Shown in pieces: positions 30,112 to 41,129 of a DNA stretch of 58,865 bases. The DNA is from an uncultured Actinomycetota bacterium. GTDB lineage: Bacteria > Actinomycetota > Humimicrobiia > Humimicrobiales > Humimicrobiaceae. The position numbers and the translations under genes are program-made. Positions within the stretch are counted from its first letter, which is position 1. Every line of letters begins with the position of its first letter. The notes under the pieces were generated by a model. That model was given only the letters and a program-made list of their open reading frames with translations, did no database searches and was not told where the DNA came from. Location of the stretch: NCBI GenBank assembly GCA_964354265.1, contig CAYGYY010000001.1:1-58865 (forward strand), read 5' to 3'.

Positions 30112-31410
30112 ATGAGAGTCCTGATAATCGGAAGCGGTGGTAGGGAACACTGTCTTGCCTGGAAGCTTAATTCTGGAAGCGATATTAGCAGGATTTATGC
30201 TATTCCCGGAAATCCAGGAATCAGCCAGATCGGGGAATGTAAAAACATTACGCCTTCAAAGGAGAATTTTAAACTGATTTCTGACTTTGTTGCGGAGGAG
30301 AATATCGACTTTACAGTTGTAGGACCGGAGGCCCCCCTGGTAGATGGAATAGTCGATTATTTTCAAAGCAGGGGCCAGGCAATTTTTGGTCCAAATCTTT
30401 CTGCGGCACGGCTTGAAGGAAGCAAAGTATTTACAAAACAACTCTGTTTAAAATATGGCATCCCCACAGCCGAAAGCATTAAGTTTGAAAGACCAGATTA
30501 TGATATGGCAGCAGAATATATCAAAAAACTTGGAAGGAATAATTTCCCGATAGTGCTTAAAGTTGATGGTTTGGCTGCAGGTAAAGGGGTAATAATAGCA
30601 GAATCAAAAAAAGACGCCCTGTTGGAACTGGAGAACTGCTTTATCGGCAATATTTTTGGAGATGCCGGGGACTCTATTATAATCGAAAAATTCATCAAAG
30701 GCTTTGAGGTGTCGCTTTTAAACCTTTGCGATGGTAACAACATCATACCAATGGTCCTTGCCCAGGATTATAAGAAGATATTTGATAATGATGAAGGAAA
30801 AAATACCGGAGGCATGGGCAGTTACTCGCCTGTTCCTTTTGTAGACCAGTCTCTTTATAAAAAGATGCTTGAAGAAATCATATATCCTACCTACGATGCA
30901 ATACTGAAAGAGGGCATGGATTACAGGGGGGTTTTATATGGCGGGATAATAGTGTCTGACGGCCAGCCGTATCTTCTTGAATACAACTGCAGGTTTGGAG
31001 ACCCTGAAACACAGGCCATACTGCCAATCCTGGATAATGATCTTCTGGAGCTTATGGTGAAATGCGCTGCAGGAAAGCTCGGGAACAGCGCACTTAATTG
31101 GGATGGTTCGAAATGTGTTTGTGTTGTCCTGGCATCAAGAGGCTATCCTGAATCTTCTTCAAAAAATGACCAGATAAACGGGTTGGATTATTTTGCAGAT
31201 AATAATGATGCTATGGTATTCCATGCCGGAACAAAATCTGAGAATTCAAAGATATATACAAATGGCGGCAGGGTCCTGGGCGTGGTGTCAAAAGCCGCTT
31301 CATTCCGTCATGCAAGAAATCTTGCTTATAGCGCTGTTTCAAGGATAAGCTTTGACGGCATGCAATACCGGAAAGATATTGCCAAAAGGGTAGAGGAGGA
31401 AATATCATGA
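30112..31410 (+). CDS. purD: Phosphoribosylamine-glycine ligase
   Basis: 432 aa. VLIIGSGGREH and an ATP-grasp domain. Confidence 0.95.
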   Translation: MRVLIIGSGGREHCLAWKLNSGSDISRIYAIPGNPGISQIGECKNITPSKENFKLISDFVAEENIDFTVVGPEAPLVDGIVDYFQSRGQAIFGPNLSAARLEGSKVFTKQLCLKYGIPTAESIKFERPDYDMAAEYIKKLGRNNFPIVLKVDGLAAGKGVIIAESKKDALLELENCFIGNIFGDAGDSIIIEKFIKGFEVSLLNLCDGNNIIPMVLAQDYKKIFDNDEGKNTGGMGSYSPVPFVDQSLYKKMLEEIIYPTYDAILKEGMDYRGVLYGGIIVSDGQPYLLEYNCRFGDPETQAILPILDNDLLELMVKCAAGKLGNSALNWDGSKCVCVVLASRGYPESSSKNDQINGLDYFADNNDAMVFHAGTKSENSKIYTNGGRVLGVVSKAASFRHARNLAYSAVSRISFDGMQYRKDIAKRVEEEIS

Positions 31411-31871
31411 CAGATGTTGGTAAAAAAGTTGCTATAATCATGGGCAGCAGATCTGACGGGGATGTTATGAAGCCTGCAGCTGATATGCTTGAAAGTTTTG
31501 GTATAGTATATGAAATTACAGTGACTTCAGCGCACAGGATGCCGAATAAGACAAGGCAATACATAAGTGAGATTGAAAAAAATGGTTTTGAAGTCATTAT
31601 TGCAGGCGCAGGCAAGGCTGCGCATCTCCCTGGAGTAATTGCATCGTATACGACATTGCCTGTCATAGGTGTGCCTATTAAAACTGAGGATCTGGGTGGA
31701 CTGGATTCACTTCTTTCAATTGTGCAGATGCCGCCCGGGGTACCTGTTGCAACAGTTGCAATAAATGGTTCCAGGAATGCCGCAATACTTGCAATCCAGA
31801 TACTTGCAATTAAATATGGCGATATAAATGAAAAGCTTAAAAGTTATAAAAAAAGCCTTGAGGAAAACTAA
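31407..31871 (+). CDS. purE: N5-carboxyaminoimidazole ribonucleotide mutase (class I PurE)
   Basis: 154 aa. IIMGSRSD and SAHRMP. Overlaps purD as ATGA. Confidence 0.95.
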   Translation: MTDVGKKVAIIMGSRSDGDVMKPAADMLESFGIVYEITVTSAHRMPNKTRQYISEIEKNGFEVIIAGAGKAAHLPGVIASYTTLPVIGVPIKTEDLGGLDSLLSIVQMPPGVPVATVAINGSRNAAILAIQILAIKYGDINEKLKSYKKSLEEN

Positions 31872-31953
31872 AGACACTGTTTTTAAATATTAAAAAAATA
31901 TTAAATTTTTTTACTTCTGTTAAAATTGCATTCTTTTTCTGTTAACATTTCAA

Positions 31954-32748
31954 TTGATGGAAAATGAAATGGACAATGAAATAAATATCACCGTCAGGGA
32001 TTTCGGGTTTTTTTATGGGACTTCAAAAGTGCTCGAAAATATTAATATGGATATAGCAAGAAATGCAATCACTGCTATCATAGGTCCCAGCGGATGCGGA
32101 AAATCCACTCTTCTCAGGACATTCAATAAAATGAATGAGCTCATGGCGTCTACATCCATAGAGGGGGAAGTCAAAATAGACGGGATAGACATTTATAAAG
32201 ATAACATCGACGTCGTTGATTTAAGGCGCAGGATAGGAATGGTATTCCAGCGTCCAAACCCTTTCCCAAAAACTATTTATGAGAATATTGTGTACGGGCC
32301 AAAGCTGCATGGAAGGTATACAAAAAACGAACTGGACCATATTGTTGAAGACAGCCTTAAAAAAGCGGCATTATGGGATGAAGTAAAAAATAAGCTTAAC
32401 AAACCTGCGCTTGACCTTTCAGGCGGGCAGCAGCAAAGGGTTTGCATAGCAAGGGTGCTTGCAGTAAATTCGGAGGTTATATTGATGGATGAACCTGCTT
32501 CAGCCCTGGACCCGATTTCAACTTTAAAAATCGAAGACCTCATGGATGAACTTAAGGCGAATTATACGATAATAATAGTCACACATAATATGCAGCAGGC
32601 TGCAAGAGTCTCAGATAAAACAGCTTTTCTGCTGATGGAAAAAGCCGGTGAGCCTGCAACACTGATTGAATATGATGAAACAAACAGGATATTCACAAAT
32701 CCATCGGACAAAAGGACGGAAAATTATATAACAGGAAGATTCGGTTAG
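31954..32748 (+). CDS. pstB: Phosphate ABC transporter ATP-binding protein
   Basis: 264 aa. [33 protein letters not shown] and C-terminal ITGRFG. The start is TTG 31954 or ATG 31957. Confidence 0.9.
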   Translation: MMENEMDNEINITVRDFGFFYGTSKVLENINMDIARNAITAIIGPSGCGKSTLLRTFNKMNELMASTSIEGEVKIDGIDIYKDNIDVVDLRRRIGMVFQRPNPFPKTIYENIVYGPKLHGRYTKNELDHIVEDSLKKAALWDEVKNKLNKPALDLSGGQQQRVCIARVLAVNSEVILMDEPASALDPISTLKIEDLMDELKANYTIIIVTHNMQQAARVSDKTAFLLMEKAGEPATLIEYDETNRIFTNPSDKRTENYITGRFG

Positions 32749-32814
32749 CTTATTGTAGCAATGTCATGCCGGTATTATTCTTTAAGGCAGCGCTAAATAG
32801 GGGCTTTAACATTT

Positions 32815-32843
32815 TTGACATCTTACCACTCTTACAATATAAT
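32815..32843 (+). promoter_or_regulatory. Consensus sigma70 promoter upstream of greA
   Basis: TTGACA (32815-32820), exactly 17 nt, then TATAAT (32838-32843). Confidence 0.6.
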
Positions 32844-32920
32844 ACCTCAATTAAATTTTTTTAACTTTTTATTTATAACTCATATTAAAAAAGCCATTAG
32901 ATTTGGGGTGAATTGCTGCC

Positions 32921-33385
32921 ATGAAAGAATATCGACTGACACAGGAAGGTCTTGACATGCTTCAAAAAGAACTTGACGACCTGATTAAAAATAAAAGAAA
33001 AGAAGTTGCCGAAAGACTCAAAGAGTCAAAAGAATTCGGCGGCGACCTTACTGAAAATCCTGAGTATGAACATGCAAAGAATGACCAGGCCTTTATCGAA
33101 GGAAGGATAGAACAGATAAATGAGATTATGCAGAACTATGTTATTGTGGAAAATGGCGACAAAGGCAAAATAGATCTCGGCGCGGTTGTTGTGCTGAAAG
33201 ACATGGATGAAAAAAAAGAGAAAAAATTTAAAATTGTAAGCTCAATAGAGTCAGACCCGGAAAAGAATAAAATCTCGGACGAATCTCCAGTCGGCAAAGC
33301 CCTGCTTAACAAAAAAATAGGAGATACTATTACTGTCAAGACGCCTGTTACAACCAAGACTTATAAGATAATTGATATTGGATAA
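32921..33385 (+). CDS. greA: Transcription elongation factor GreA
   Basis: 154 aa. Coiled-coil N-domain (ENPEYEHAKNDQ) and C-terminal ISDESPVGKALLNKK. Confidence 0.95.
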   Translation: MKEYRLTQEGLDMLQKELDDLIKNKRKEVAERLKESKEFGGDLTENPEYEHAKNDQAFIEGRIEQINEIMQNYVIVENGDKGKIDLGAVVVLKDMDEKKEKKFKIVSSIESDPEKNKISDESPVGKALLNKKIGDTITVKTPVTTKTYKIIDIG

Positions 33386-33392
33386 ATAAAAT

Positions 33393-34934
33393 ATGGAAAA
33401 TAAACAAAACCCTGCTGATAGCAGCGGAAAAGAATTTGATTATTATGTTGAAATAGAGGAACCCTTAAACGAGCCAATGCAGCTTAAGCTTGAAAAGTTA
33501 AGAGCCGCATCCGGGAGGGGTAAAGAGTTCTATTCGTCCAGTTTCAAAAAAAATGCGTCAGTTGCAGAGATTAAGGAAAAATACTCAGGTCTTGCTGCAG
33601 GCGAAAAATCCGGGGAAGTTTACAGGTTAACCGGAAGAATAATAATTTTCAGGATACATGGAAAAGCAACATTCTGCGACCTTAAAGATGCTGATGATAA
33701 AATACAGTTATACCTGAATATAAAAAATATCGGCGAAGAAAAATATAATGGGTTTATAGACCTTGATATAGGAGACTGGATAGGCGTGGAAGGCAGTATA
33801 TTTGTAACGCATAAAGGAGAGCTTTCTATAAATGTTACAGACTATAGGCTTCTTTCAAAGTCAATCAGGATAATGCCGGAAAAGTGGCATGGGTTAAAAG
33901 ATGTAGAGCTCCGCTACAGGCAGAGATATCTTGATTTTATTGTAAATCCTGAGGTAAAAAAAATATTTATTGTCCGCATAAAAGTAATCGATGCAATAAG
34001 GCGTTTTTTAAACTCCAGGGGGTTCCTTGAAGTCGAGACGCCCATGCTGCAACCTATACCGGGCGGGGCAACTGCAAAACCATTCATAACCCATCATAAT
34101 GCCCTTGATATGGATCTTTATTTAAGGATTGCACCTGAGCTTTATTTAAAGAGGCTTCTAATAGGCGGTTTTGAAAGGGTATATGAAATTAACAGGAATT
34201 TTCGCAATGAAGGCATATCGCATAAACATAACCCTGAGTTTACTATGGTTGAATTTTACCAGGCATTTGCAGATTATAACGATCTTATGATACTAACTGA
34301 GGAACTTTTCAAGTTTACGTCAAAAGAATCGATAGGGAGCCTGGATTTTATTTACAGGGAAAACGAAATTAGTTTTGAGGGAAGCTGGGAAAAAATTTCA
34401 ATGATTGATGCAATAGAAAAGTATTGCAGTGCAAGATTTGATTTTGAAATGAGTATAGAAGAAATGACAAAACTGGCGAATAGTGTAGATGTTGAAATTG
34501 ACAGCAGTTTTGGCAAAGGAAAAATTATCAACGAAGTATTCGAAAAGATCGTTGAACCAAATTTAATAAAACCCACCTTTATAAAAGACTACCCCATCGA
34601 AATATCACCACTAGCAAGAAAGCATCCTGGGAATCCAAATCTGACAGAAAGGTTTGAACTATTTGTGGGAGGGGAAGAAGTGGCTAATGCGTTTTCGGAG
34701 CTGATAGACCCGAAGGACCAGATGTCCAGGTTTAAAAAACAGGCAGACAGTAAGGATGAAGAAGAAAGAATAACTGGTAAAATCGACCTGGACTTCATAA
34801 AAGCTCTTGAATACGGCATGCCACCGGCCGGAGGAGAAGGTATTGGTATTGACAGGCTTGTTATGATATTAACTGACAGCAGGTCTGTGAGAGATGTTAT
34901 CCTGTTTCCATTGATGAGGCCGGAAAGAGAATAG
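33393..34934 (+). CDS. lysS: Lysine-tRNA ligase (class II)
   Basis: 513 aa. [16 protein letters not shown] and GIGIDRLVM. Confidence 0.95.
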   Translation: MENKQNPADSSGKEFDYYVEIEEPLNEPMQLKLEKLRAASGRGKEFYSSSFKKNASVAEIKEKYSGLAAGEKSGEVYRLTGRIIIFRIHGKATFCDLKDADDKIQLYLNIKNIGEEKYNGFIDLDIGDWIGVEGSIFVTHKGELSINVTDYRLLSKSIRIMPEKWHGLKDVELRYRQRYLDFIVNPEVKKIFIVRIKVIDAIRRFLNSRGFLEVETPMLQPIPGGATAKPFITHHNALDMDLYLRIAPELYLKRLLIGGFERVYEINRNFRNEGISHKHNPEFTMVEFYQAFADYNDLMILTEELFKFTSKESIGSLDFIYRENEISFEGSWEKISMIDAIEKYCSARFDFEMSIEEMTKLANSVDVEIDSSFGKGKIINEVFEKIVEPNLIKPTFIKDYPIEISPLARKHPGNPNLTERFELFVGGEEVANAFSELIDPKDQMSRFKKQADSKDEEERITGKIDLDFIKALEYGMPPAGGEGIGIDRLVMILTDSRSVRDVILFPLMRPERE

Positions 34935-35002
34935 GATTTGACCATTTCTTTCTAATATATTAATCTGTTATCAGGTATCATAGAGTTGCCAGGAGAAATT
35001 AA

Positions 35003-35554
35003 ATGATCTGTGAGTTTTGTAAAAACAATGAAGCGAATGTGCATCTGATAAAAGTAATCAACGGTCGCGCCGAAAAGATGAACCTTTGCATTGATTGTTT
35101 AAAAAATTTTGCGATTTTCCCTACAGAGGAAATTTTTAACGACCTTACAAAGTTATTGACCAAGGTATTTGAGGTTGATATAAAGATAATCGATAAGGGC
35201 GAGAATGATAAAATATTTGAGAATGTATCAGACTCTGAAAATAAAAAATGTCCTTATTGCAGTATCGATCTTAGTACTATTAAAGCAATAGGAAGAGTAG
35301 GATGCGCTTATTGCTATACTGAATTTAAGGATTTGCTTAAACCTATAATAAAAGCAATTCATGGGGGCGCAGAGCATAACGGGAAAATACCTCTTATTTC
35401 AAATGAAGATATAAGGATTGAAAAAGAAATAAGGGACCTGAAGTACAGGCTTTCAGAAGAGGTCACTGTGGAAAACTATGAGGAAGCGGCAAAACTTCGT
35501 GACACCATAAAGAATTTACAGAAAAAACTTTATATAGGCAGGAAATCAAAATAG
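35003..35554 (+). CDS. mcsA: Protein arginine kinase activator McsA (zinc-finger plus UVR domain)
   Basis: 183 aa. CxxC pairs (CEFC, CIDC, CPYC, CAYC) and a C-terminal UVR motif (YEEAAKLRD). Confidence 0.85.
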   Translation: MICEFCKNNEANVHLIKVINGRAEKMNLCIDCLKNFAIFPTEEIFNDLTKLLTKVFEVDIKIIDKGENDKIFENVSDSENKKCPYCSIDLSTIKAIGRVGCAYCYTEFKDLLKPIIKAIHGGAEHNGKIPLISNEDIRIEKEIRDLKYRLSEEVTVENYEEAAKLRDTIKNLQKKLYIGRKSK

Positions 35555-35654
35555 GTATTTTGGGATTTTTCAGCTAACACTGTTAAGACTTTTTTAAAAA
35601 TTAAAGAAGTATTAATTCACCTGTATAAGCTTTGAATAAAAATGGATATAAAAA

Positions 35655-36761
35655 ATGGATAATGATTTAAAAAATTCAGGCTTTTGTATCAGCAACAATG
35701 ATAGAAATATTTCACTTTCTGCCGCCAGCAGCCAGGTGGTGCTTACAAGCAGGGCGAGGATCGCGCGGAATATTTCCGGCTTTCGCTTCAGCAGTATAAA
35801 TACAAAAGAAGAAAAAAGGGATATCCTGCAGTCAGTGAAGGATTCATTTTTTAAGGACCTGAGATACAGGCAAAATTATTTTTTTTATAATATTTCAAGG
35901 CTCAAGAAATACCAGAGAAGGTACCTGATTGAAAAGCATATTTTGAGTCCCGAAATGCTTGTAAGGATGAGCTTTAAAGGTCTTATCCTGAAATGTAAAC
36001 CTTCCATGCTTGAAAATTCAATTTCAATTCTGATAAACGAAGAGGACCACGTGCGGATACAGAGTGTCTTTCTGGGGCTGGATATTTACAGGGCGTATAA
36101 AGAAGTTGTAAAGATTGAGAAGATGCTGGAGAAAAAAATTAATTTTTCTTATGACAGGGATTTTGGCTACCTTACATGCTGCCCTACTAACCTGGGCACC
36201 GGCCTGAGATTGTCAATAATTGCCCATCTGCCGGGAATTGTTGTGACAGGTAAAATAGAAGATTTTGCAAAAAATCTTTCTAAAACCGGGTATAATATAA
36301 GAGGCTTCTTTGGAGAAAACTCAGATGTGGTTGGAAACCTGTTCCAGATCTCCAACCAGGTCTCCCTGGGAAAAAGTGAAGAAAATATAATAGAGGAAAT
36401 GAATGCAGTATGCCAAAACATTGTAGATGAAGAAATAAAAGCCGTAGAGGATCTTAAAGAGTCAAAACCGCTTAGTGTAGAAGACAGCGTTTTACGTTCT
36501 TACGGGATGTTGAAGTATGCAAAAATGCTTACCTACGGGGAAGCTCTTGAACTGCTTTCAATGATAAAACTCGGACTGGACATTAAAATGCTAAAAGATG
36601 TAAAGCAGTTTAATTTTTATAAGTTGATAAGTTATATTGGAGAGTCTAATATTATACTTAAATATGACAGCAAGACAGATGATGACAATGATGAAGTCGA
36701 TATGATGCGGGCAAGCATCATAAGAATGAAAATTTTAAAAGGAAATGATATAAATGTTTGA
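35655..36761 (+). CDS. mcsB: Protein arginine kinase McsB
   Basis: 368 aa. Guanido kinase signature CPTNLGTGLR. Confidence 0.9.
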   Translation: MDNDLKNSGFCISNNDRNISLSAASSQVVLTSRARIARNISGFRFSSINTKEEKRDILQSVKDSFFKDLRYRQNYFFYNISRLKKYQRRYLIEKHILSPEMLVRMSFKGLILKCKPSMLENSISILINEEDHVRIQSVFLGLDIYRAYKEVVKIEKMLEKKINFSYDRDFGYLTCCPTNLGTGLRLSIIAHLPGIVVTGKIEDFAKNLSKTGYNIRGFFGENSDVVGNLFQISNQVSLGKSEENIIEEMNAVCQNIVDEEIKAVEDLKESKPLSVEDSVLRSYGMLKYAKMLTYGEALELLSMIKLGLDIKMLKDVKQFNFYKLISYIGESNIILKYDSKTDDDNDEVDMMRASIIRMKILKGNDINV

Positions 36762-39216
36762 AAGATTTACTGAAAGAGCCAGGAAAGTTGTTGTAAGGGC
36801 TCAGGATGAAGCAAGACTTTTAAAGCAAAATTATATAGGAACCGAGCACTTGCTGCTGGGTTTGATCGGTGAAAAGGAAGGCATTGCTGCAAAAGTGCTT
36901 CTTTCTTTAAACATATCTCTTGATGATATAAAAGCTGCCATAAGGGAATCTGTTACTGAAGGTTCCTCGGAAGCTTATGAACATATACCATTTACTCCAA
37001 GAGCCAAAAAAGTGCTCGAGCTCTCACTGAGGGAAGCTCTCCAGATGGGCCATAACTATATAGGGACCGAGCACATACTCCTGGGACTTCTGAGAGAAGG
37101 GGAAGGTGTTGCAGCAAGGGTATTGAATTCTTTCGGAATCAACCTTGATATAGTTAAAGAAAAAATAAAGGAAATATTGAATAAATATCCTTTCTACCCA
37201 CAGGAAGATACCTCGGGATTTGACAAGACCCAGAAGCGTTCTTTTAAGATACTGAGCCAGTATGGAAGGGACCTTACCCAGCTGGCAAAGGAAGGTAAGC
37301 TTGATCCAGTCATTGGCAGGAAAAAAGAGATAGAAAGAATAATGCAGATACTTTCCAGAAGGACCAAAAATAACCCGATACTGATAGGGGAATCCGGTGT
37401 AGGGAAAACAGCCATTATTGAAGGACTTGCACAGGCAATTATATCAAAAGAGATACCTTCAAACCTTAAGAATAAGAAGATATTTACCCTGGACCTGGGG
37501 TCCCTGGTTGCCGGTTCAAGGTACAGAGGAGATTTTGAGGAAAGATTAAAAAAAGTCCTGCAGGAAATCAGGGAAGATGGGGATATAATGATTTTCATAG
37601 ATGAAGTCCATACCCTGGTTGGCGCAGGTGCTGCTGAAGGCGCAATAGACGCAGCATCTATTTTAAAACCGATGCTGGCAAGGGGAGAAATACAGACAAT
37701 AGGCGCAACTACTGTAAATGAATACAGGAAATATATTGAGAAAGATAAAGCGCTTGAGAGAAGGTTCCAACCGGTTTATGTGGATGAACCCAGCGAATAT
37801 GAGACTATAGAGATTCTTAAGGGTCTGAGGGACAGGTACGAGGCATTCCATAACCTCACTATAACAGATGATGCCCTTAAATCAGCAGCAAAACTATCTC
37901 ACAGGTATATTTCTGACCGTTTCCTTCCCGACAAAGCAATAGATCTTATAGATGAGGCTGCTTCCAGGGTAAGATTACGCAATCTTACCAATCCCCCGGA
38001 CCTTAAATTGCTTGAAAAAGAAATAGAGCAGGTAGCGTCAGAGAAGGAAGAAGCAATAAAAGCACAGGATTTTGAAAAGGCTGCAGAATTTCGTGATAGG
38101 GAGAAACAGCTTATAAGGGAGAAGATTGACCTTGAGGAAAACTGGGGCAGGGTTAATGAAGATGAAAAAGAAAAAGTTACCGAAAATGAGATAGCAGAAG
38201 TCCTTTCCAGCTGGACCGGCATACCTGTTTTTAAGCTTACAGAAACAGAATCTGCCAAACTCTTAAACATGGAAGAAGAACTGCACAAAAGGGTAGTTGG
38301 GCAGAATGAGGCAATCAAAACTGTCTCAAAAGCTATAAGGCGTTCAAGGTCCGGCTTAAAAGACCCTAAAAGACCCATTGGTTCATTCATATTTCTGGGG
38401 CCTTCAGGCGTGGGAAAAACTGAACTTGCAAAAACTATCGCAGTGTTTTTATTTGGGAAAGAGGATTCACTGATCCAGATAGATATGTCTGAATACATGG
38501 AAAAACACTCCGTTTCCAAGCTGGTTGGTTCGCCTCCTGGATATGTGGGCTATGATGAAGGCGGACAGCTTACTGAGAAAATAAAAAGGAAGCCTTACAG
38601 TGTTATACTGCTGGATGAGATAGAGAAGGCGCACCCCGATGTTTTTAATATACTTTTACAAATATTTGAAGACGGCCATCTCACAGATTCCCAGGGCAGG
38701 AGGGTTGATTTTAAGAATACAGTAATAATAATGACATCCAATCTTGGCGCCAGGGAGATCCACAAAAACAATCCCCTTGGATTTAAAAAAATCGAAGACG
38801 AAGACCTGTCTTATGATGAAATTAAAAATAAGGTTATGAGCGAGCTTAAAAAAGCATTCAGGCCTGAATTTCTAAACAGGCTTGACGAAGTAATAGTATT
38901 TCATAAGCTGACAAAACTTGAGATTTATCAGATAATAGACCTGATGATGTCCAGGATCACACAACAGCTTGAGATACAGGGAATGACTATAAACCTTGAA
39001 GAATCCGCAAAAGAGCTATTGCTTGAAAAGGGCTATGATTCCACTATGGGGGCAAGGCCGATGAGGAGGATTATACAGTCGCTTATTGAGGACCCTATAT
39101 CAGAAAAGATAATAAGTGGAGAGATCAGGATAGGTGATATAATAAAGATAAGCACAGACAATAATTCCATTCAATTTGAAATAAAAAAAGTCGAACCGAC
39201 AGTCTTGAATGTATAG
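36754..39216 (+). CDS. clpC: ATP-dependent Clp protease ATP-binding subunit ClpC
   Basis: 820 aa. Clp_N repeats, two AAA+ modules (GESGVGKT, GPSGVGKT) and a UVR linker. Confidence 0.95.
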   Translation: MFERFTERARKVVVRAQDEARLLKQNYIGTEHLLLGLIGEKEGIAAKVLLSLNISLDDIKAAIRESVTEGSSEAYEHIPFTPRAKKVLELSLREALQMGHNYIGTEHILLGLLREGEGVAARVLNSFGINLDIVKEKIKEILNKYPFYPQEDTSGFDKTQKRSFKILSQYGRDLTQLAKEGKLDPVIGRKKEIERIMQILSRRTKNNPILIGESGVGKTAIIEGLAQAIISKEIPSNLKNKKIFTLDLGSLVAGSRYRGDFEERLKKVLQEIREDGDIMIFIDEVHTLVGAGAAEGAIDAASILKPMLARGEIQTIGATTVNEYRKYIEKDKALERRFQPVYVDEPSEYETIEILKGLRDRYEAFHNLTITDDALKSAAKLSHRYISDRFLPDKAIDLIDEAASRVRLRNLTNPPDLKLLEKEIEQVASEKEEAIKAQDFEKAAEFRDREKQLIREKIDLEENWGRVNEDEKEKVTENEIAEVLSSWTGIPVFKLTETESAKLLNMEEELHKRVVGQNEAIKTVSKAIRRSRSGLKDPKRPIGSFIFLGPSGVGKTELAKTIAVFLFGKEDSLIQIDMSEYMEKHSVSKLVGSPPGYVGYDEGGQLTEKIKRKPYSVILLDEIEKAHPDVFNILLQIFEDGHLTDSQGRRVDFKNTVIIMTSNLGAREIHKNNPLGFKKIEDEDLSYDEIKNKVMSELKKAFRPEFLNRLDEVIVFHKLTKLEIYQIIDLMMSRITQQLEIQGMTINLEESAKELLLEKGYDSTMGARPMRRIIQSLIEDPISEKIISGEIRIGDIIKISTDNNSIQFEIKKVEPTVLNV

Positions 39217-39238
39217 ACTAAGGATTTTTTAAAAGTTT

Positions 39239-40348
39239 ATGAAGGAAAAAGAGGAAGAACTTTTATTAGAAAGCTTGAGGCGGATTGCACCAGGCACAGA
39301 TCTCCGTACTGGAATCGAATATATACTCCAGGCTAAGACGGGGGCCCTCATAGTAGTAGGGGATTCAGAGCAGGTGCTTAAGCTGGTTGATGGGGGCTTT
39401 TATATCGGTTGTAATTTTACTTCAGCTAAGTTCTATGAGCTTGCTAAAATGGATGGGGCTATAATCCTTAGCCTTGATGCAAACAGGATATTATATGCAA
39501 ATACACATCTTTATCCCAATCCTCTTATAAAGACTTCTGAGACAGGCACAAGGCACAGGACCGCAGAGAGAGTTGCAAAGCAGACAAATACGCTGGTTAT
39601 ATCGATTTCACAGAAAAGGGACGTGGTTACAATCTATGTTAATGAGATAAAATACATTCTCGAAGAACCCAGGATAGTCCTTGCAAAAGCAAATCAGGCA
39701 TTGCAGACTTTAAGCAAATACAAGGAAGGTCTTGATTACCTCATGGTGAACCTGACAATAAGAGAACTTGAAGATATGGTAACGCTTTATGATGTTGTTT
39801 CAGTGATCCAGCGTTCAAGCATAGTACAAAAGACGGAAAAGGAAGTCAGGAGATATATCTATGAATTAGGCACTGACGGAAGGCTGCTGAACATGCAGGT
39901 AGAAGAGCTGATGGTAAATGTTGCCGATGAAAGCATCAAGGTTATTGAAGATTACATAAATATTGATGATGATATAAAACCTGTTGATATAAAGAATAAG
40001 ATAAATGCCCTGGGGGAAAACTCCCTGCTCGATCTTGAAAATACTGCCAGGATTTTGGGTTATAAAGTTGAAGGGAATTTAAAAGAATTTACCGTTCAAC
40101 CAAAAGGCATCAGGATAATATCGGATATAAAAAGACTACCGGAGCAGCTTTTGAAAAACCTTATCGGGAAATTTGGCAACTTAAAGAATATCATGAATGC
40201 AAGTGTCGAAGATATTTCAGAAATACAGGGAATGGGCAAGGTAAGGGCAAGCTTGCTTTATGACAGGCTTAAGAAATTCTCAGAATATTACCTTTATAAT
40301 GAACCCTATGGTTATAGGGGAGGGGTCACCCGGAAAATAAGGTTCTGA
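39239..40348 (+). CDS. disA: DNA integrity scanning protein DisA (diadenylate cyclase)
   Basis: 369 aa. DAC motifs DGAIIL and GTRHRTAER, plus a C-terminal HhH. Confidence 0.95.
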   Translation: MKEKEEELLLESLRRIAPGTDLRTGIEYILQAKTGALIVVGDSEQVLKLVDGGFYIGCNFTSAKFYELAKMDGAIILSLDANRILYANTHLYPNPLIKTSETGTRHRTAERVAKQTNTLVISISQKRDVVTIYVNEIKYILEEPRIVLAKANQALQTLSKYKEGLDYLMVNLTIRELEDMVTLYDVVSVIQRSSIVQKTEKEVRRYIYELGTDGRLLNMQVEELMVNVADESIKVIEDYINIDDDIKPVDIKNKINALGENSLLDLENTARILGYKVEGNLKEFTVQPKGIRIISDIKRLPEQLLKNLIGKFGNLKNIMNASVEDISEIQGMGKVRASLLYDRLKKFSEYYLYNEPYGYRGGVTRKIRF

Positions 40349-40409
40349 TCCTTTCTTTTACTTACCTTTTTATCAATTTTAAATTTTAAATATCGGTACT
40401 GGTTTATAT

Positions 40410-41126
40410 ATGATTGCGGCAATAATTACAGCGGCTGGTAAAGGCACGAGGCTTAAAAGCAATGTAAGCAAACAATTTATTCATATATACGATAAACCCA
40501 TACTTGCACATACCTTAAAATCGTTCCAGGAAAGTTCAAAGATAAATGAGATATATCTTGTTATCCCGGATGGTTATGAAGATTTCTGCAGGGATGAAAT
40601 CGTTAAGAAGTATAGACTCACAAAAGTGAAAGCTCTTGTCCATGGAGGAGAAATCAGGCAGGATTCGGTATACAATGCGCTTAAAACAATACCTGCAAGT
40701 TGCAAGATAGTGGCAATTCATGACGGGGTAAGGCCACTTGTTACTTCATCTGAAATAAACATGCTGATATCCAGCCTTATAAAGTTTAATAAAAACGACA
40801 ATGACATAAAGGGTGTGCTTATAGCTGCCCCTGCTTATGAAACAGTAAAAAAAATCGATGATAATAGTATTATAGATACTACAGTAAAAAGGGCAAACGT
40901 TTGTATGGCACAGACACCACAGGTCTTTTTTTACAGAGATCTTATGCTTGCTTTTAGAAAAGCATACGAAGATAATTTTTTTGGTACCGATGATTCAGGC
41001 CTTGTAGAAAGAATAGGTTTAAAAGTGAAAGTAGTATTAGGGCGTCATGAGAATATAAAGATTACAACACCGCTGGACCTTTTTTTGGCAGAACTTATAA
41101 TGGGTAGGGACGGAAAAGGAAAATAA
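40410..41126 (+). CDS. ispD: 2-C-methyl-D-erythritol 4-phosphate cytidylyltransferase
   Basis: 238 aa. AAGKGTRL and IHDGVRP. Confidence 0.9.
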   Translation: MIAAIITAAGKGTRLKSNVSKQFIHIYDKPILAHTLKSFQESSKINEIYLVIPDGYEDFCRDEIVKKYRLTKVKALVHGGEIRQDSVYNALKTIPASCKIVAIHDGVRPLVTSSEINMLISSLIKFNKNDNDIKGVLIAAPAYETVKKIDDNSIIDTTVKRANVCMAQTPQVFFYRDLMLAFRKAYEDNFFGTDDSGLVERIGLKVKVVLGRHENIKITTPLDLFLAELIMGRDGKGK

Positions 41127-41129
41127 AGA

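Noticed and set aside
31211-31666. 151 aa ORF antisense across the purD/purE junction
   Set aside because: Nested opposite two highly conserved genes, so I treat it as a shadow ORF.
34937-34943. TTTGACC (reverse complement of the CtsR half-site GGTCAAA) just upstream of mcsA
   Set aside because: Only a single heptamer is present, and the expected second repeat 3 nt away is absent. That is not enough to call a CtsR operator.
37899-38519. 206 aa ORF antisense to clpC
   Set aside because: The translation is Ser-rich and low complexity. It mirrors the Glu/Lys-rich coiled-coil region of ClpC and has no start context.
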